The notes below the pieces were generated by a model, which saw nothing but the letters and a program-made list of their open reading frames with translations, made no database searches and was not told the DNA's origin. A stretch of 62,938 bases of DNA, filler included, from Choristocarpus tenellus KU-1152 (taxonomy: Eukaryota; Protista; Phaeophyceae): assembly GCA_964200185.2 (NCBI GenBank). It is 10 parts of 10 records of this genome, joined end to end, with 100 filler letters (N's around TTAATTAATTAA, not from the genome) between each part and the next. Parts side by side here need not be neighbours in the genome. Positions count along the whole stretch, not along the records: positions 1 to 5,155 come from CAXNAD020011684.1; positions 5,256 to 14,198 come from CAXNAD020004173.1; 8 more parts are not named here. One strand, written 5' to 3'. Each line of letters starts with the position of its first letter. The stretch's first letter is position 1. The translations under genes were made by a program, and so were the position numbers. This document shows, in pieces, positions 1 through 12,827 of this stretch.

Positions 1-3000
1 CCCCCCCCCTCCAGATACTTTGGGTATTAGGAAGGCACTGGCCATAGAGGTCTTTCCATCATATTATTGATCCTGTTGCCCATTTCAAGATCGTTGAGGA
101 AATATAACATTGATCTCAACAACTCTTCATGTACAGGACTTGACTAGAATTGAACTGAGTGCGCCATGGGGCATGGTAACAACAAAAACGAAGAAAAACT
201 AGATCAAATATTACCATTATTGGTGTCGATAAATTTTCGGTTTTTCCTAGATCGTGTAGATTAAATCACAGACGATTCACAGCATATGTTGTGCATATTT
301 GTTCGAGATTTCAATAGACCCTAGGATCTATGATAAAAGGAGTATCTCAATCTGAGTCAAAGTAAAGCAGAGGTACCCAGGGTTGGATTTGAAGGATGCC
401 AATAAATATGTGCAAGGTTCGGCTTTTTCTACAAACACGCGTAGGAAATTTCTGAATTCTGTTGAAAGTTTTCAAGCATTAGAGTAATGAATCTTAGTAC
501 TTCATTGTTAGAAATAAAGGTGAATTATACAAAGATGAAAAAAAGTGGCTTAAAACACAAAAAGGAGAGGTCAAACCTTTTTTGGAATCTTTCGTTTACT
601 TTGGCTCTCTCCACCTCCCCACTTCCCATTCTTATGGCTTGACAAACAGGTATCTATCATCCCACTTGATACACACCTTCCTTCTCTTTGATACTGAGCG
701 TTCAATGTCCTCTCTACAGGAATTCTAGTCCTATCAGGAATTCGGCCCATCACTTTGTCGAGTCTTGTAAGGAAAGGTTAATTCGAGGTTGAGCATACAT
801 ACAGCACAAAAGCCCACTGGTGTTAACCTAAACGAAACAGCTGAGATATGATCAGCCGCAACAGTTACGATTTCTGGAAATCTCTTGTAACAGCTCTTCC
901 ATAAAAATAACAGGGAACCATCCAGGGTCATCAATGGCCCAATATAGGTTCAAAATATTGTAAAGCAGTGAAGAGACCGTTGTAGCTGCACAATGCTCGG
1001 CTTCACTGACTATTGTTGCAGCCCTGGAAAACCTCGTTCAGGGCAATTTTTCAGGAAATACACTGGAATGGAAATGACCAAGCACAACCTGCATGGATTG
1101 GCGCTAATGAATGCAGTGAAGTTCTGTCCTGACCCTGTGGAATACATTTTGCCCAAGCTGTCATTGTCATGAACATTCCATACACTCTTGCTTGTTCAGC
1201 TGGTGAAATACTTTGACACCATTTGTAACTACAGCCTCTTTACATTAATAATTCAAGCTGTGAAATTACAAACTACTGCATATAATGTAACTATATGTAC
1301 TATGTTACAAGATATATGCTCAATTGAGAAAAACATTCCGGCCCACTTACATACATTTGGGAGATGTAATAGTTCTACAGGGCAGACAATGCAACATATG
1401 TAACAGAATCTGTAGTCTCTACAACAAAGGCCTTCCCACATTCAAACAGTAGTTGTAGGATATTTGAACGATATTGAATGATGACTCTACTGGGTATGGG
1501 GTGTCTTGGTCCAATGCCCAGCCCATTCTGACAGGACTGAGCCCTGACCTGGCCCTACCAAACTGTGTCAGTGCTTAAAATGAGCAAAGAAAAAATCCTA
1601 GAGCACCCACCCCAGTCTTGTTGAACATATTCTTACTAGGTTGACCTACGGGTTGGCTCTGTTAGAAAACATACACTGCAAGGTGACTCATAATTTGGCC
1701 AAGTCAAAGTTACCTGGTCTGGTTTAAACCTCTGCAGTCTCTTTATTGTCTATGGTAAAGCATATGCTACCCATCTCTTGTGTCCTTGATACGATACAGT
1801 ATTCCCAGTTCATACTGACTGTTGATCACTAGGTTCATCAGCATGAATTCATTCGTGCTTCATTGCACTATGACACCCCTTCACCACAACCAACCTACCG
1901 TCGTACAAGAGCATGGTCATTCAAAAATGGGTTTCAACATGTTTGAGCCTCACACGATTCCCTTTCGCAAAACGTGATCATCCTACTTTTTGAGGAATAG
2001 CATGAAACAATATCTCATATTTCTTGATTGAGCCAGCCTTTGAAGATATAATCTCTGTGTGATGTTAGGTGGTAGTGTAAATTATTGACAGGTACCGCCC
2101 TGTTTTGGGGCACCAGTCGCAACAAGAAAAAGTAAAACACTTTCGCCATACAACAACTAATCTTATAAGAAGTATAGATAATGTGGATACTGTATTACAT
2201 AGTATACACAGTCAGGGACTTACCAACACCTATTCCAACCAAATTTCCCCGTTGTGATTGCAATGAAAGCACTTAGTGACCCACACACACTATTCCTCTT
2301 CGCCGTGTCTTCCCTTTACCTCAACTCCCTCCCATTAAATGCACAGAAATAGTCTACCTGTGCTCATCCTTCTTTGTGCAGTACCGATAACTTTTGTGCC
2401 TCAAGGTATTATGTAGTATATGTCCATAGAGAGTGGCCCTACTCTGAACACATTGAACCTCTGCATCGTTTGAACAACGTTAAACAACTGTAGCACCGAC
2501 TCTCTCCCAACCCCAACTTACCAATTTACAACCGTGACGCCACACCTTCAGGTCAACGCATTCCACAATTGTCGCCTGGTAAATTAACATGTGGTCAGTT
2601 CTCTCGTAAGAAAATACCCTTGTTGACCTTACAATCCCGGGCTCGCTACCCACGGAAGCTATATAACAAATGCGAGTAGGAACGTCACTTTGAATCCGCG
2701 ATGCACAGTTGAAAACTAGACAGTGTGCAGCAGAAATTTGAAACGTTAATCTCACAAGTAGCTTCATAGACCATTTCTTACCCCATACACCGACACGAGA
2801 TCTTCCGCTGGCGTCCACTCAGCCGGGCAGGGCAGAAGGCAGACCTCGAATTGGCAGCATGACCCTTCACCCACGACTACATCATCCAGACCAAGCGCCG
2901 TCCGCACATCAGCATCTGCGATGCATTCAGCCATGGTAGTTCCGATCCGACCTGCAGATCTGAATTCGAAGAATAGATAGGGCAACGTCTGCGCTCAGCA

Positions 3001-4119
3001 ATAACATGGAATGTGGAGAGGATTAATCAATCGGCACTTCGCCTTAATGCGGCCATCACCAAAGTGGAATCGATTACTTTCTCAGTAATATAGAGGAAAT
3101 ATAGATAACCTCTAACACAAGTCACAGCTCATATGGATAAGCACGGTCAAAGTGATGAGAAGAACGCTTCGTAATAGACCTTTCTATTTGGGACGCATGC
3201 TTAGATATTACCCCTACAAAAATCTTACAAATAATGCGCTGCCTACTCATAGGCAAACGTCAGCAAACAAGGACAACAAAGGGGACAAGACACTCATCAT
3301 CAACACGAAGGGGTCAATGTGATGCCCTTCTGTCACAACGACAGATCTTACTATTCGGATACTTGCCGACAAAATTTGACCCACAACCCGGTGCATCTAC
3401 AAGATCCTAAGGCAGATCCTCTACTCAAATATTTAGAGTTCAGGTTTTTCAATTAACTTATATCCTAGGCCAGTAAAAGGGAATCCATGTATAGACATGA
3501 CGACACGAAAGTCAAGAGGGCAAAACGAGTCTGTCTACCAAATCTGATAACTGAATTACAACCAACCATGACCATAAGACAATGAGCGGGCTTCCTCTAC
3601 GATACGCCATCTTAGGACACATACACACCAGTGTTTGCTATGGCTTGATGCGACTCAGCAAGACAGGGTAAGCCACTGTATGGGGTTATGTAAGTAGGGG
3701 TGTGGACACCCCAATTGTTGAACAAGTGAGATAATACGATCACAATCTTTTTCATTCTACGATCTGTATTATATATATCTTCATTTATTGTGAGTAAAAC
3801 TTCTGTCATGACCACTAAGGAATATATTTCTTTAATGCAAACTTACGTACACACATTAAAAGATGACTATATAGTATACAAAAATTTTGGAATGGAGAAT
3901 ATATGTTACAGGTTGATGTTTGTTCCATACTGAAAGTAATAGGAAGTGTAAATGTTTTGAGTGCCAGTGTGTTTTCAATATATATCTCGGTCTAGTCTGT
4001 TGTACTCTGGGTTGTATGAATGACTAAAGAAAAACAGTTGATAATATCGTGCAGTCCCTTGTATCATTTTGTACTAAAAAAAGCTTCGTACTGATACGAT
4101 GGTAGGAGAGAAGGAAAAC

Positions 4120-5110
4120 TACAAACATCTGAATGAATGCGAACGTTCGAACTAGAAAGAGAAGTGAAGGGGGAGTAGGAAGCGATAACGCAGTTCGTGG
4201 TGACTTGAGGATGCGATGAGGTATATGACGATGGTATGCGATTACTGAGATAACTGGGATGCTCAAACTTGTACTCATCAACACACTTTTCGTCACACCT
4301 AAAGATCAAGTTCCCATACCTATGTAAGACCCAGGGGGTAAGATCGACGCCCCCTCGATTACATCATCACACATCCCACAGACAACTCATTCGGAATGTA
4401 ATGGTAAGTCTATCCTGGAATCAGACTGCCGAATTGTATTTATGTCGATTTGTCTCCTTCGATGTTTTAAGGATCAGAGAATACGATCCATAAGAGGGAA
4501 AGTAATTATTAATCACCGAAACATGACCTGGGATCTTCAGTTCCGGACTACTCTATCGAATATTCTTGCTCAGAGCCATCTTTGCCTTCGAGAGGTGATG
4601 GTTCAGCCTGTTGGTATCATGGCATCCATGTGTACTACATACTCATATATCCTGGAAACTCAAACCAACCCAACACCACCTCCAACACGAAAGGATGTTT
4701 CTCGACGATGGTAGAGCAGCCCTGAGATTGGAAGGAGGATCCTGGAGGCTTGACAAGTAAGGGAGGATACCTGGATACAACTATGTGCCGAACCAGAAAG
4801 TCACACTATCAGAAAGGCCTTAAAGAAGACTTACAAAGACTTGAAGGACAAAAACTTGAAGCGTGTGAGATCCTCAGGTGTGCAGGACTTCATTACTACT
4901 CATTCCTCTCAGAGATGGAAGAACGTATTCGTCGTGAGGATAGTGTATGTTTCATCCACTATCGCAAATCCCTTAATGTGAACAGGAGCAAACGGAGTGG
5001 CTCTCGATGCATTCGAGATGATATGGGCAGATTGTTGCAAGGACCAACCCCAATTCTTGGGCGATGCATAAGATATATCCAAGCACTGTTGAATTTAACT
5101 TCGCTTCGTC
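4120..5110 (+). mobile_element. Degenerate RTE-clade LINE (C-terminal half of APE endonuclease and linker towards RT)
   Basis: Frameshifted translation gives MNANVRTRKRSEGG..GMRLL, LVLINTLFVTPK..SHTY..RRPLDYII..HRQLIRNVMV (APE-type DANAR / NTFF / IDY motifs). ORF 4750-5110 continues EMEERIRRED..F..YRKSLN..IRDDMGRLL..ILGRCIRYIQALLN, resembling the RTE endonuclease-RT linker. Cut by a MITE end at the contig edge. Confidence 0.75.
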
Positions 5111-5155
5111 CAGGCTCAAATTATCTGGGGGGGGGGTGGCGGCTGTCCATTTGGG

Positions 5156-5255
5156 NNNNNNNNNNNNNNNNNNNNNNNNNNNNNNNNNNNNNNNNNNNNT
5201 TAATTAATTAANNNNNNNNNNNNNNNNNNNNNNNNNNNNNNNNNNNNNNNNNNNN
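5156..5255. other. Artificial contig-joining spacer (first of nine)
   Basis: 44 N + TTAATTAATTAA (stop codons in all six frames) + 44 N. Identical spacers at 14199-14298, 17090-17189, 23557-23656, 28004-28103, 34938-35037, 47122-47221, 54072-54171 and 58043-58142. Confidence 0.97.
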
Positions 5256-5580
5256 CCTGTGTACCACTTATCCCTTCCCTTCTCGCCTTTCCATGACTTC
5301 TTGACAGTGGTACCTGTGGGAAAAAGGCATAATGCATCCTCTCTAGACAAGGGTTTTCCTTGGCGAGAGGTATTAGTAGGATGTGGGCTCGTGTCTGGAT
5401 TATAGAGGTCCCAGAGGGCATGGAAGACATCTAACTGTAGTGGGGTGAAGAGCTTTATCCACAGCCTCTTTCTCGGTTACCCAGTCTGACAACTCTCCAT
5501 TCTGATACTTCCCCGGTACTCCCAGTGCCATACATTGGATAGAGACAATACTGCTTTCCTATCAGTAAGAGTGTACACAG
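5256..5580 (-). pseudogene. Integrase C-terminal chromodomain-like plus Tudor-like extension
   Basis: Reading through two frameshifts gives WHWEYRG-KYQNGELSDWVTEKEA..FTPLQLDVFHALWDLY..LCLFPTGTTVKKSWKGEKGRDKWYTG, then the contig ends. Confidence 0.5.
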
Positions 5581-6989
5581 GGGTTGCTACCACGGATTGC
5601 TCTGATAGACCCAGGTCCGATTCCCACACTAGTTGGGACGTATTCTTCTTGGAAGCTATGTCTAAGATGGATGGGCCTTAGGTGGAAGGGTTTCACATAA
5701 GAAGCACGAGCATTACGAGTGCGTGTTTGCCTACCTAGCAGTTCAACTGTCATGCTACTACTCTGATGTGAAATTTCCTTCACAGTCCACGGTCCCGTCC
5801 ATCTTTCATGGACTAGCTTTCTGCCTACTCTTGTTTCATCTAATTTTCCCCCATGGATAGAGCTGTCCGCTTCTTTCACTAGAACTAGGTCACCTGGTTT
5901 GGATCTTACTCCTGAGGAAGACCTAGCAATCAAAGCATTGGCTCTTTCTCTGTATTTCTGTCTTGTAGACATCCGTCTCTCCAGGACTTCTCGTACCTCC
6001 CTGAAGTTCTGTCTGCGTTGCTCAATAAAGGAATCCAATCCTCCAACCTCTATGTCCCCATCCAACTTGGGTATGACGGCGTCTAGCTGTCTGCAGGGAT
6101 CACGACCAAACAAGACTCGGAAGGGGGTGGGGTTAAGGGAGTCAAATGGGTCTGGAGTAGTGCGTTGTACCCAACATGCCGGAGATACATACTCATCCTA
6201 TCTATCTGGCCACTTCACACATAGTTCCGACAGGACTTGTAAAAGCAGACCTCCCATCTTTTCCACTCCCCCTTGTCCTCTCAAGTTGTCAGTTGGCCCA
6301 TTATTGATAGGGACCATCAGCCAACGACAAAGCTGATTCATTATGTCTCCTGTGAACTCCCTTCCTGCATCACTACGAATTGACAGTGGGATCCCAAATG
6401 TAAGACATATTTCCAACACGTTTGTTGCTACTCCAGTTGCTTCCTTCGACGCCATTGGGAATGCAAAAGGGAATCTCGAAGCTCTATCAATCACAGCTAA
6501 TAGATAATTGTTGCCTTTTGCTGAGATGTGTCCCACATCTTGTAAATCCATCTAGAGTACATCCCATGGTTCCAGGAACTTGGCTGGCAGCATTGCCACT
6601 TGTGCGCTCCTAGTCCTCTTTCGTCTGCGACAGCCACAGGATAAAAGATAAATCTGCGTGTGTTTGTGGAGTGAGGGCCAAAAGAAGTATCGAAGAGTTA
6701 GGGCTACTGTACGTCCAACTCCCTGGTGGCTAGTCTGCAGGTGTACTAGTGCTATGATATCTGACACTAGTGAACGAGGAACTGCTAGCCTAGGTGCATA
6801 CTCTCCAGGGGTGTAACAGAATAACTCCTTATCATCCAGGGAATATGACTCCACATCTATACTCCCTCTTCCCCATTCGAGTGAGGACTTCCAGTGTTCT
6901 TGGCCTTCGAGTACACCCCGTATGCTGCCCAAGAAGGGGTCTTTCTTCTCCCTCTCCACTAGCTCTGGCACGTCTGAGAGAGTAGTCAT
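5562..6989 (-). pseudogene. pol: Gypsy integrase (HHCC finger, DDE core, GPW/SH3-like tail)
   Basis: HLQTSHQG..SCGC; MDLQD..IDRASRF..IRSDAGREFT..GGVEKM; PFRVLFGR; GDLVLV..WTGPW. Confidence 0.88.
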
Positions 6990-7717
6990 TGTTCTCTTGA
7001 GAGTGGGTGGTGTTGAACCATCTCACTCAATTCGGACTAATCTGTCACTACACTTCTTGTTCTTTGGTCTTGGCGTACTTTTGCGCCTTTTTTTGCATGG
7101 TGGCTTCTCTTCTCCTGCTTTTCCTTTTATTTCTACCCTGTCTTCGAGGGTAGGGTCTAAAGTTTGCCAACCAAATGTGTTAGTGGCATTAAGCGGGGGA
7201 AGGAGTTGCTGTGGGTTGTGTGTCGGGTCTGCACTAGGCATCTTATCTGGGACCATCCAACCAGAGGGAGGGGGTATAGACACTGTCGGACTTTGATCCT
7301 GGGGACTACTGAGTGGTAGCCAACCTCCAACGCCTAAGTCTCGACTATCAGGTTCCGTGTGGCAATCTAGCAGAGCTGACAGTATCTCTGAGAGTGGGGC
7401 ATCAACTGTTCCCTGAAGTAACATTTGTGCTACACCCAGACTCGGTTCATCATGTGAGGGAGGAGCACACTATAGTTCTGAATCTAACAACGCACAGAGA
7501 GAGCAAGGGGACAGTGTGGGGTGACCTGGGCTTAGGTCTGATGTACCTAAATCCAGCAAACATACACCATCTAAGACAGGTCCTCGCGGTCCAGCGTAGC
7601 TCTTGCTACAAGCTACTGACAGATCGTAGGAAAAGAATCATGGGTATTTAAACTTGATGCTCTTGGTGAGGAGAGTCGTGACAGTGCATCATCCGGTAGT
7701 TGGTGCTTCAAACCTGC

Positions 7718-8231
7718 TCACCACTTCAGTTCCATGTCGTAGTCCATAAGGCAGAGGGCCCACCTGTGGAGCTTGGGGCTCAGTTCACGACTCTTGAAGA
7801 GCCAAGTCAGTGCTGAGCAGTCAGTGACTAAGGTGAATTTTCTACCCCAAATGTAGGAGCGGAAGTGTTCTACAGCCCACAAGATAGCCATGCATTCTCT
7901 TTCAGTGGGTGCTCTCCTACTGTCTGTTTTAGACCGTCTATGGCTAGCATATGCTATGACATGTTCTTGGTCATCGACCTGTACCTGGTTCAGCGTTGCT
8001 CCAGCCCCTTCCTCACTTGCATCTGTATAGAGGAGGAACCGCTTATCCCAGTCAGGGAAAACTAGGATTGGTGGAGAAACCAGACGCACCTTAAGTTCTT
8101 CAAAGGCCTTCTGCCCCTTTGGTCCCCAAGAGATACTCTTCTTCCTGTCTCTTTTGGAAGCATACCCTTTATTCCGGAGGATGTCAGTCAGTGGTCCAGC
8201 TACTTGGTCATAGTTCGGAACAAACTGTCGC
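7718..8231 (-). pseudogene. pol: Gypsy RT connection and RNase H
   Basis: LYTDASEEGAGATL, IAYAS, TERECMAILWAVEHF, FTLVTDCSAL, LHRW motifs. Confidence 0.92.
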
Positions 8232-8990
8232 ATGTATCCTGTCATGCCTAGGAAACTTCTTAACTGCTCAACTGTAGATGGGGGATCAATTTTTGCTACT
8301 GCTATCATTTTTGATGGAGCAGGACTCAAGCCATCTCTACCTTCCTTCATTCCTACAAATTCTTATGAGGGCATGTACCACAAGGATTTGGGGAAGTTCA
8401 CAGACAGGCCGTATTGCTCGAGTCTGGTCAGAAGGAAGCGAAGTTTGGTCATGTGCTCATCAAATGATGAACTATAGCAAAAAATATCATCTAGCCAGAT
8501 CTCTACACCGTTTCCTTTGAGATCTCCTAAGGCCTCTCTCATGTAACTAGAGAATACTGCAGGTACGATTTTCAACCCAAAGCCACACATGTTGTATTCC
8601 CAAAGTTGTCCATGAGCGTCAACGGAAGGCTGTCTTATGTTTGTCTACCTCTACGACTTCTAGTTGAAAGAATCCCGATGCTAGGTCTATGGCAGTGAAA
8701 TAGCTAGAACCCTTAAGCTTATCAAAGATGCTAGCGATGCTCCCGAGACCTCCACTATCACTACGCGAGAGGTCATTAAGCATCCTATAGTCTGTGCACA
8801 ACCTCAGGGTCCCATCTTTCTTACGTACTGCTACCACTGATTCTGCCAACGCTGACGTGGAGGGTCTAATGATACCACGTTCCTGCAACTGCTTAACCTC
8901 GGCCCGAATCATCTGCGTTTCTTCAGGAGAGAAGCACCTTTGCTTCGCTGCGTAGGGTGTACAGTTCTCGTCTAATAGTGGTACGTGCGG
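8232..8990 (-). pseudogene. pol: Gypsy reverse transcriptase (disrupted)
   Basis: GIIRPSTS, KKDGTLRLCTDYRMLN, FTAIDLASGFFQ, KHKTAF, CGFGLK, WLDDI, LRSFLGMTGY motifs. Confidence 0.92.
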
Positions 8991-9471
8991 TACTCCTCTA
9001 GAACATGGGGGAACTCGTTATGGATCTTCAGGGAATACCCCTAAATTTCTAAACTCTTCTAACAATTCCACCAACTACTCCTTCTTCCCTGGTGTCAGAT
9101 GTCCCATATTGGCATCGTTAAGGCTCACCGATTGATGCCGGACCCCCTTGGCTTCATCTGAAGGGGTGTCTTCTTCCTCTGCTACCGGGCAGTCACCAGT
9201 CTCGTCTGCTTCTGGGGGATGCCTTGTCTGAGAACTAGTTGTATCAAGCAGGACCTCTGCTCTTTGAGGGTATTTGGGGGGTTTGGTTAGAGACTGAAAG
9301 AGTGCGACCACCCTCTCTGTATCCAGGGTATTCAGAGCAATCGCCTTTGCAACTGGCAGCCCTGCCTGGACACTACTGGGCTTGCTGCACGTATTTACCA
9401 GCTTGCAATAAATGAGGGTTCCTAGGTTCCACCATTTTACACCTCTGGTAACTCCGACAGCATTTCCTAAT

Positions 9472-9730
9472 GAGTCAAAGTATATTAGAGGGTAGAGCCG
9501 CGTCCATTTGGGGGCCTAAATTCAACGTTGTATTTTTGATGTAACTTTGGCGATCATGTTCGTTAGGAGATGTCATATCCTTGTTCTGGACACTCCTTTT
9601 TCATAATGTATACATTTTTCCTACTCCGAAGCATTTTGGAGTAAGAAAAATGTCATAAAATGCCTGTGGAAAGCCAAGCCCCAAATGGACAAACAGGGCA
9701 AAACTCGTACCCTCTAAGATACTTTCACTC
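9472..9730 (+). mobile_element. MITE family A (~260 bp, Sola2-like GAG..CTC ends) inserted in Gypsy pol
   Basis: Ends GAGTCAAAGTATATTAGAGGGTA / TACCCTCTAAGATACTTTCACTC. 3-bp TSD AAT. Removing it restores the pol frame (EKNLELGNAVGV). Confidence 0.92.
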
Positions 9731-10238
9731 AATTCCAGGTTTTTCTCTGATAAGGGCTCAATCATCACCAAGTGTCTGGATTGTGGTTGTGCCCCCTTAA
9801 TGAATCCTTTGCAGACTTTGCTGACAAACCCTTCTACATATTCTACTTCTGACAAACGCAATTCCCATTGCAGAGTCCCATCGTCCTCCCACGCTACCTC
9901 TACCGGAAGGGGTACTAGACCTGGACTCTCCAGTGATGGAATCAGAGGATCCTTGTCCTGGGTAAGATCTATTGCTGTGATACTTGCCTCTGGATCCACA
10001 TCTGAGGTGCCTACTTCTGGGTCTACATAAAAAAACTTGCATGTTCCTTCTCCGGTTGCGCATGTTCATCAGTTGGAGTACTGGTACATCTTGGGAATCT
10101 AGGGAGTGCGTCATGGGGGGTTCTCTATATCCAGCTGCTCTGAGGTTATTAAGAGGCAGTCTGTGGTACTTGGATGGCCGGGTTGTGGGTGTCATTGATG
10201 CTTGCCATTCTCCTAGGGCTGACAGGGGTGCATTGTTA

Positions 10239-10748
10239 TCACGAGATAGGGGTGTCACAGCTCGAACAAAAGGTATCCATGGTGAGCTTGGAGCTGGTCG
10301 AAAGCCTTCCTCCTCTAAATGACAGTATGCTCTTGTTCTGCCTATAGAATGCTGCTCCTAGAACCATCCCGTAAGGTAAGCCTTGCACTACTCTGAATGT
10401 CACGTTGCGGACTCTATCCTTTGGGGGAAATAATATTGGCAGTATGCAGGACCCTAGTATCTGCATAGGTGGAATACTGCATCCTTTCGGATTTGCCGCG
10501 TGCAACGTACCTTTGCCTGTTTGATTAAGTTGCGGTAGGCCGGTGCTACCTCCCCAGAGAGTAGTACTGCGCCAAAAAGCAGACGAAATGTAGTTACCAC
10601 CTCCTGCACCTGTGTCGTCAAGGAGTATCTGTACAGGCATTCTCGAGCGGACTTTGCGAGGGTGCCATAGCACCACAGATAGCCGTACTTGACTAGTTCG
10701 TTGGGCAGATGACATAGTGGATATTGCCGAGGTGGGTGTGGGGGTCAT
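10239..10748 (-). pseudogene. Retropepsin-like aspartic protease
   Basis: ILLDDTGAGGGNYIS catalytic DTG motif and FRVVQGLPYGMVLGAAF C-terminal motif. Confidence 0.8.
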
Positions 10749-10929
10749 GGTTCCTATGGCTACAGCGGCTAAGTTCCCTGGAGCTGAAGACTCCAGGGCG
10801 CAACTTCAGGGCAACTCGGGTGCTTCAGAATCGATCGGGCTGTTTGAAAATAGTGGCGGAAACTCAAAGTCCTGCATCGCAGCAAGGTAATGTAAATGGG
10901 AGTCTGTCAAGGCTACCATCGTACGTGAC

Positions 10930-12827
10930 TCATTCGCTGGGGTAGTACTTTGCTTGTCTTAGGAAAGATATGCGAGGTACTTTGGAGTCATGGGTATACC
11001 TGCATCTGTGACCAATAGACTTGAAGCAGTCGCGACCGAAAGCGTGGTGGAAGCAAACTCGATGTGCCTTGAGCCACTCAACAACCTCATCTTGGGGAAG
11101 GAGATGGTGAAGGTAAATCCTTACCCGAATGGTGTCGACCTGCATCGCTTGCTCTGTCTGTGGCTAAAGAAGATGTGGATCGGGGCACAGACTGGGAGGC
11201 GGGTTTTGCTGGTTGAACAGGCGCGGATGCATTGCTCTTAGAAACGAACGTGGTCCCATGTTTCCCAGGAGCAGAAGCAGGTTGGTTTGTCACCGCAGAA
11301 CTGCCAGTGGGCAGGGGGTTTTGGGACAAAACATGTTGGAGCATTGGTGTGAGGGCCGCCAGCACACTGTTGACCACCTCTTGGTGTGGTGGTGGACTCT
11401 GGCTTGTACGACGTAGATTTTGTAGCATTTTGATTGGTTGGGACAAATGCGTACTGGTCGCTACGATTGGACAATTCTTCGATTAGATCGTCAAAGATCC
11501 GTTCTACTTTAATTCCCCGCTGTACCATTTCATCTCCTAAAGGATTGTTCTGAGAAATTGCCAGTGGGCGAATTTGGTTCCGAATCTCCTTTCGAAATGA
11601 AAATGCCATCGACTGTACTCCAATCTGATCTAGAACATTGGGAAGAAGAATAGGAAGAGCTCGTTCGCATAGATCAATGAGTTGGTCTTCAGCTATATAC
11701 ATCCAAAAGAAAGTTTTATCGCAAACACGAGGCATCCGCGAATCTACGGGACACACTCAATAGTGTAAGACAAGATGGTTGGCTGCAGCATTCCAAGATT
11801 CCCCCCTCTCTGTCCTTAAAAGTACTCATTGAGTTCTTTATGGCGTTTTCGACGGACTATAAGAACGATTGCATTCTCTCACCAGGATACGAACCCACTC
11901 AGTCGCTATCATGTCTTCCCGAAGAACCCGAAGGAGTTGTCCGGTGACGCTCGGGACTTCCACTGTAGATGAGTCGCTTAGGAGATCACTGTGGTTCCTA
12001 AGATAGTCAGACAGTAGTTGCTCAAGAAGCTCTATGCGGAAAGGGGTAAGGGCACCACTACGTGGACGTGATGTATTACGATAGTGTGCATGGTCCTTGG
12101 GTAAGGCCCACAATCCTCCTTGAACCCTCCCTAAGGCCTTGATAACAGCGTCAGCGAAAAAAACGGGGTTATTTGACATGGTCAGGGTGGAGTTATCTGT
12201 AGGTACTCCAAGAAAGACGGGACCATTGGCAGGGTCTCCGAGATTCTTATGAATGCGTTCCATGGTTTTAACACAATCTTGATGATAACGCATGTCAAGG
12301 TTGCGAGAGACTCTGTCTCGCTGCTGCCTACCGGATAGTGACTCATTTGACTCAGCTCGTGTACGCAACTCATGAATTTCTCTTTGCAACTGTGCCTCAA
12401 CCTCTCTGGATTGACGTGCCGTACAACTTAGGCTATTCCTCCGAAATGATCTGGGTGATACAGACCTGTGTGAAGAATAATAATCACTGGTCTGATAGTA
12501 ACGTCGAGGTGAACGGGTGCGGCCTCTGCGTTCTTCTCTGTTCCTCCGTCCATTTCGATGAGAGCACCTGTCCCGTGATCTTGACCTGGAGCGAGATCTG
12601 CCACAAGTGGAAGACTGAAAACGGACGTGCTCGCTGCGCCTGCCTCGACGTTCAGCAGCGTGGACACGGCTGCGACCAGAATTACCTTGAGGTGTGGTAC
12701 TGGGCTGGAATCTCTCGGAATCATCGATTCCTTGGAGAATCTGTAGGTCGGGGGCAACCTCAACTTCTCGCGAATACTGTGAGCCAGACATTACTGTGAA
12801 CCTGGGAGATAAAGGGCAAGGTAGCAA
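10930..12827 (-). pseudogene. gag: Gypsy gag-like region (RS-rich N-terminus, C-terminal CCCH-like finger)
   Basis: ORFs 11838-12827, 11238-11756, 11087-11446 and 10930-11145 lie directly upstream of the protease. Motif VCFHHAFGRDCFKSIGHRCRYTHD. Confidence 0.6.

Noticed and set aside
3716-3980. Possible additional solo LTR (TGTTGAA..TTCAATA)
   Set aside because: No TSD and no second copy in the window.
5200-5211. Recurrent TTAATTAATTAA as a biological motif or target site
   Set aside because: Always centred in 44+44 N; an artificial six-frame-stop linker.
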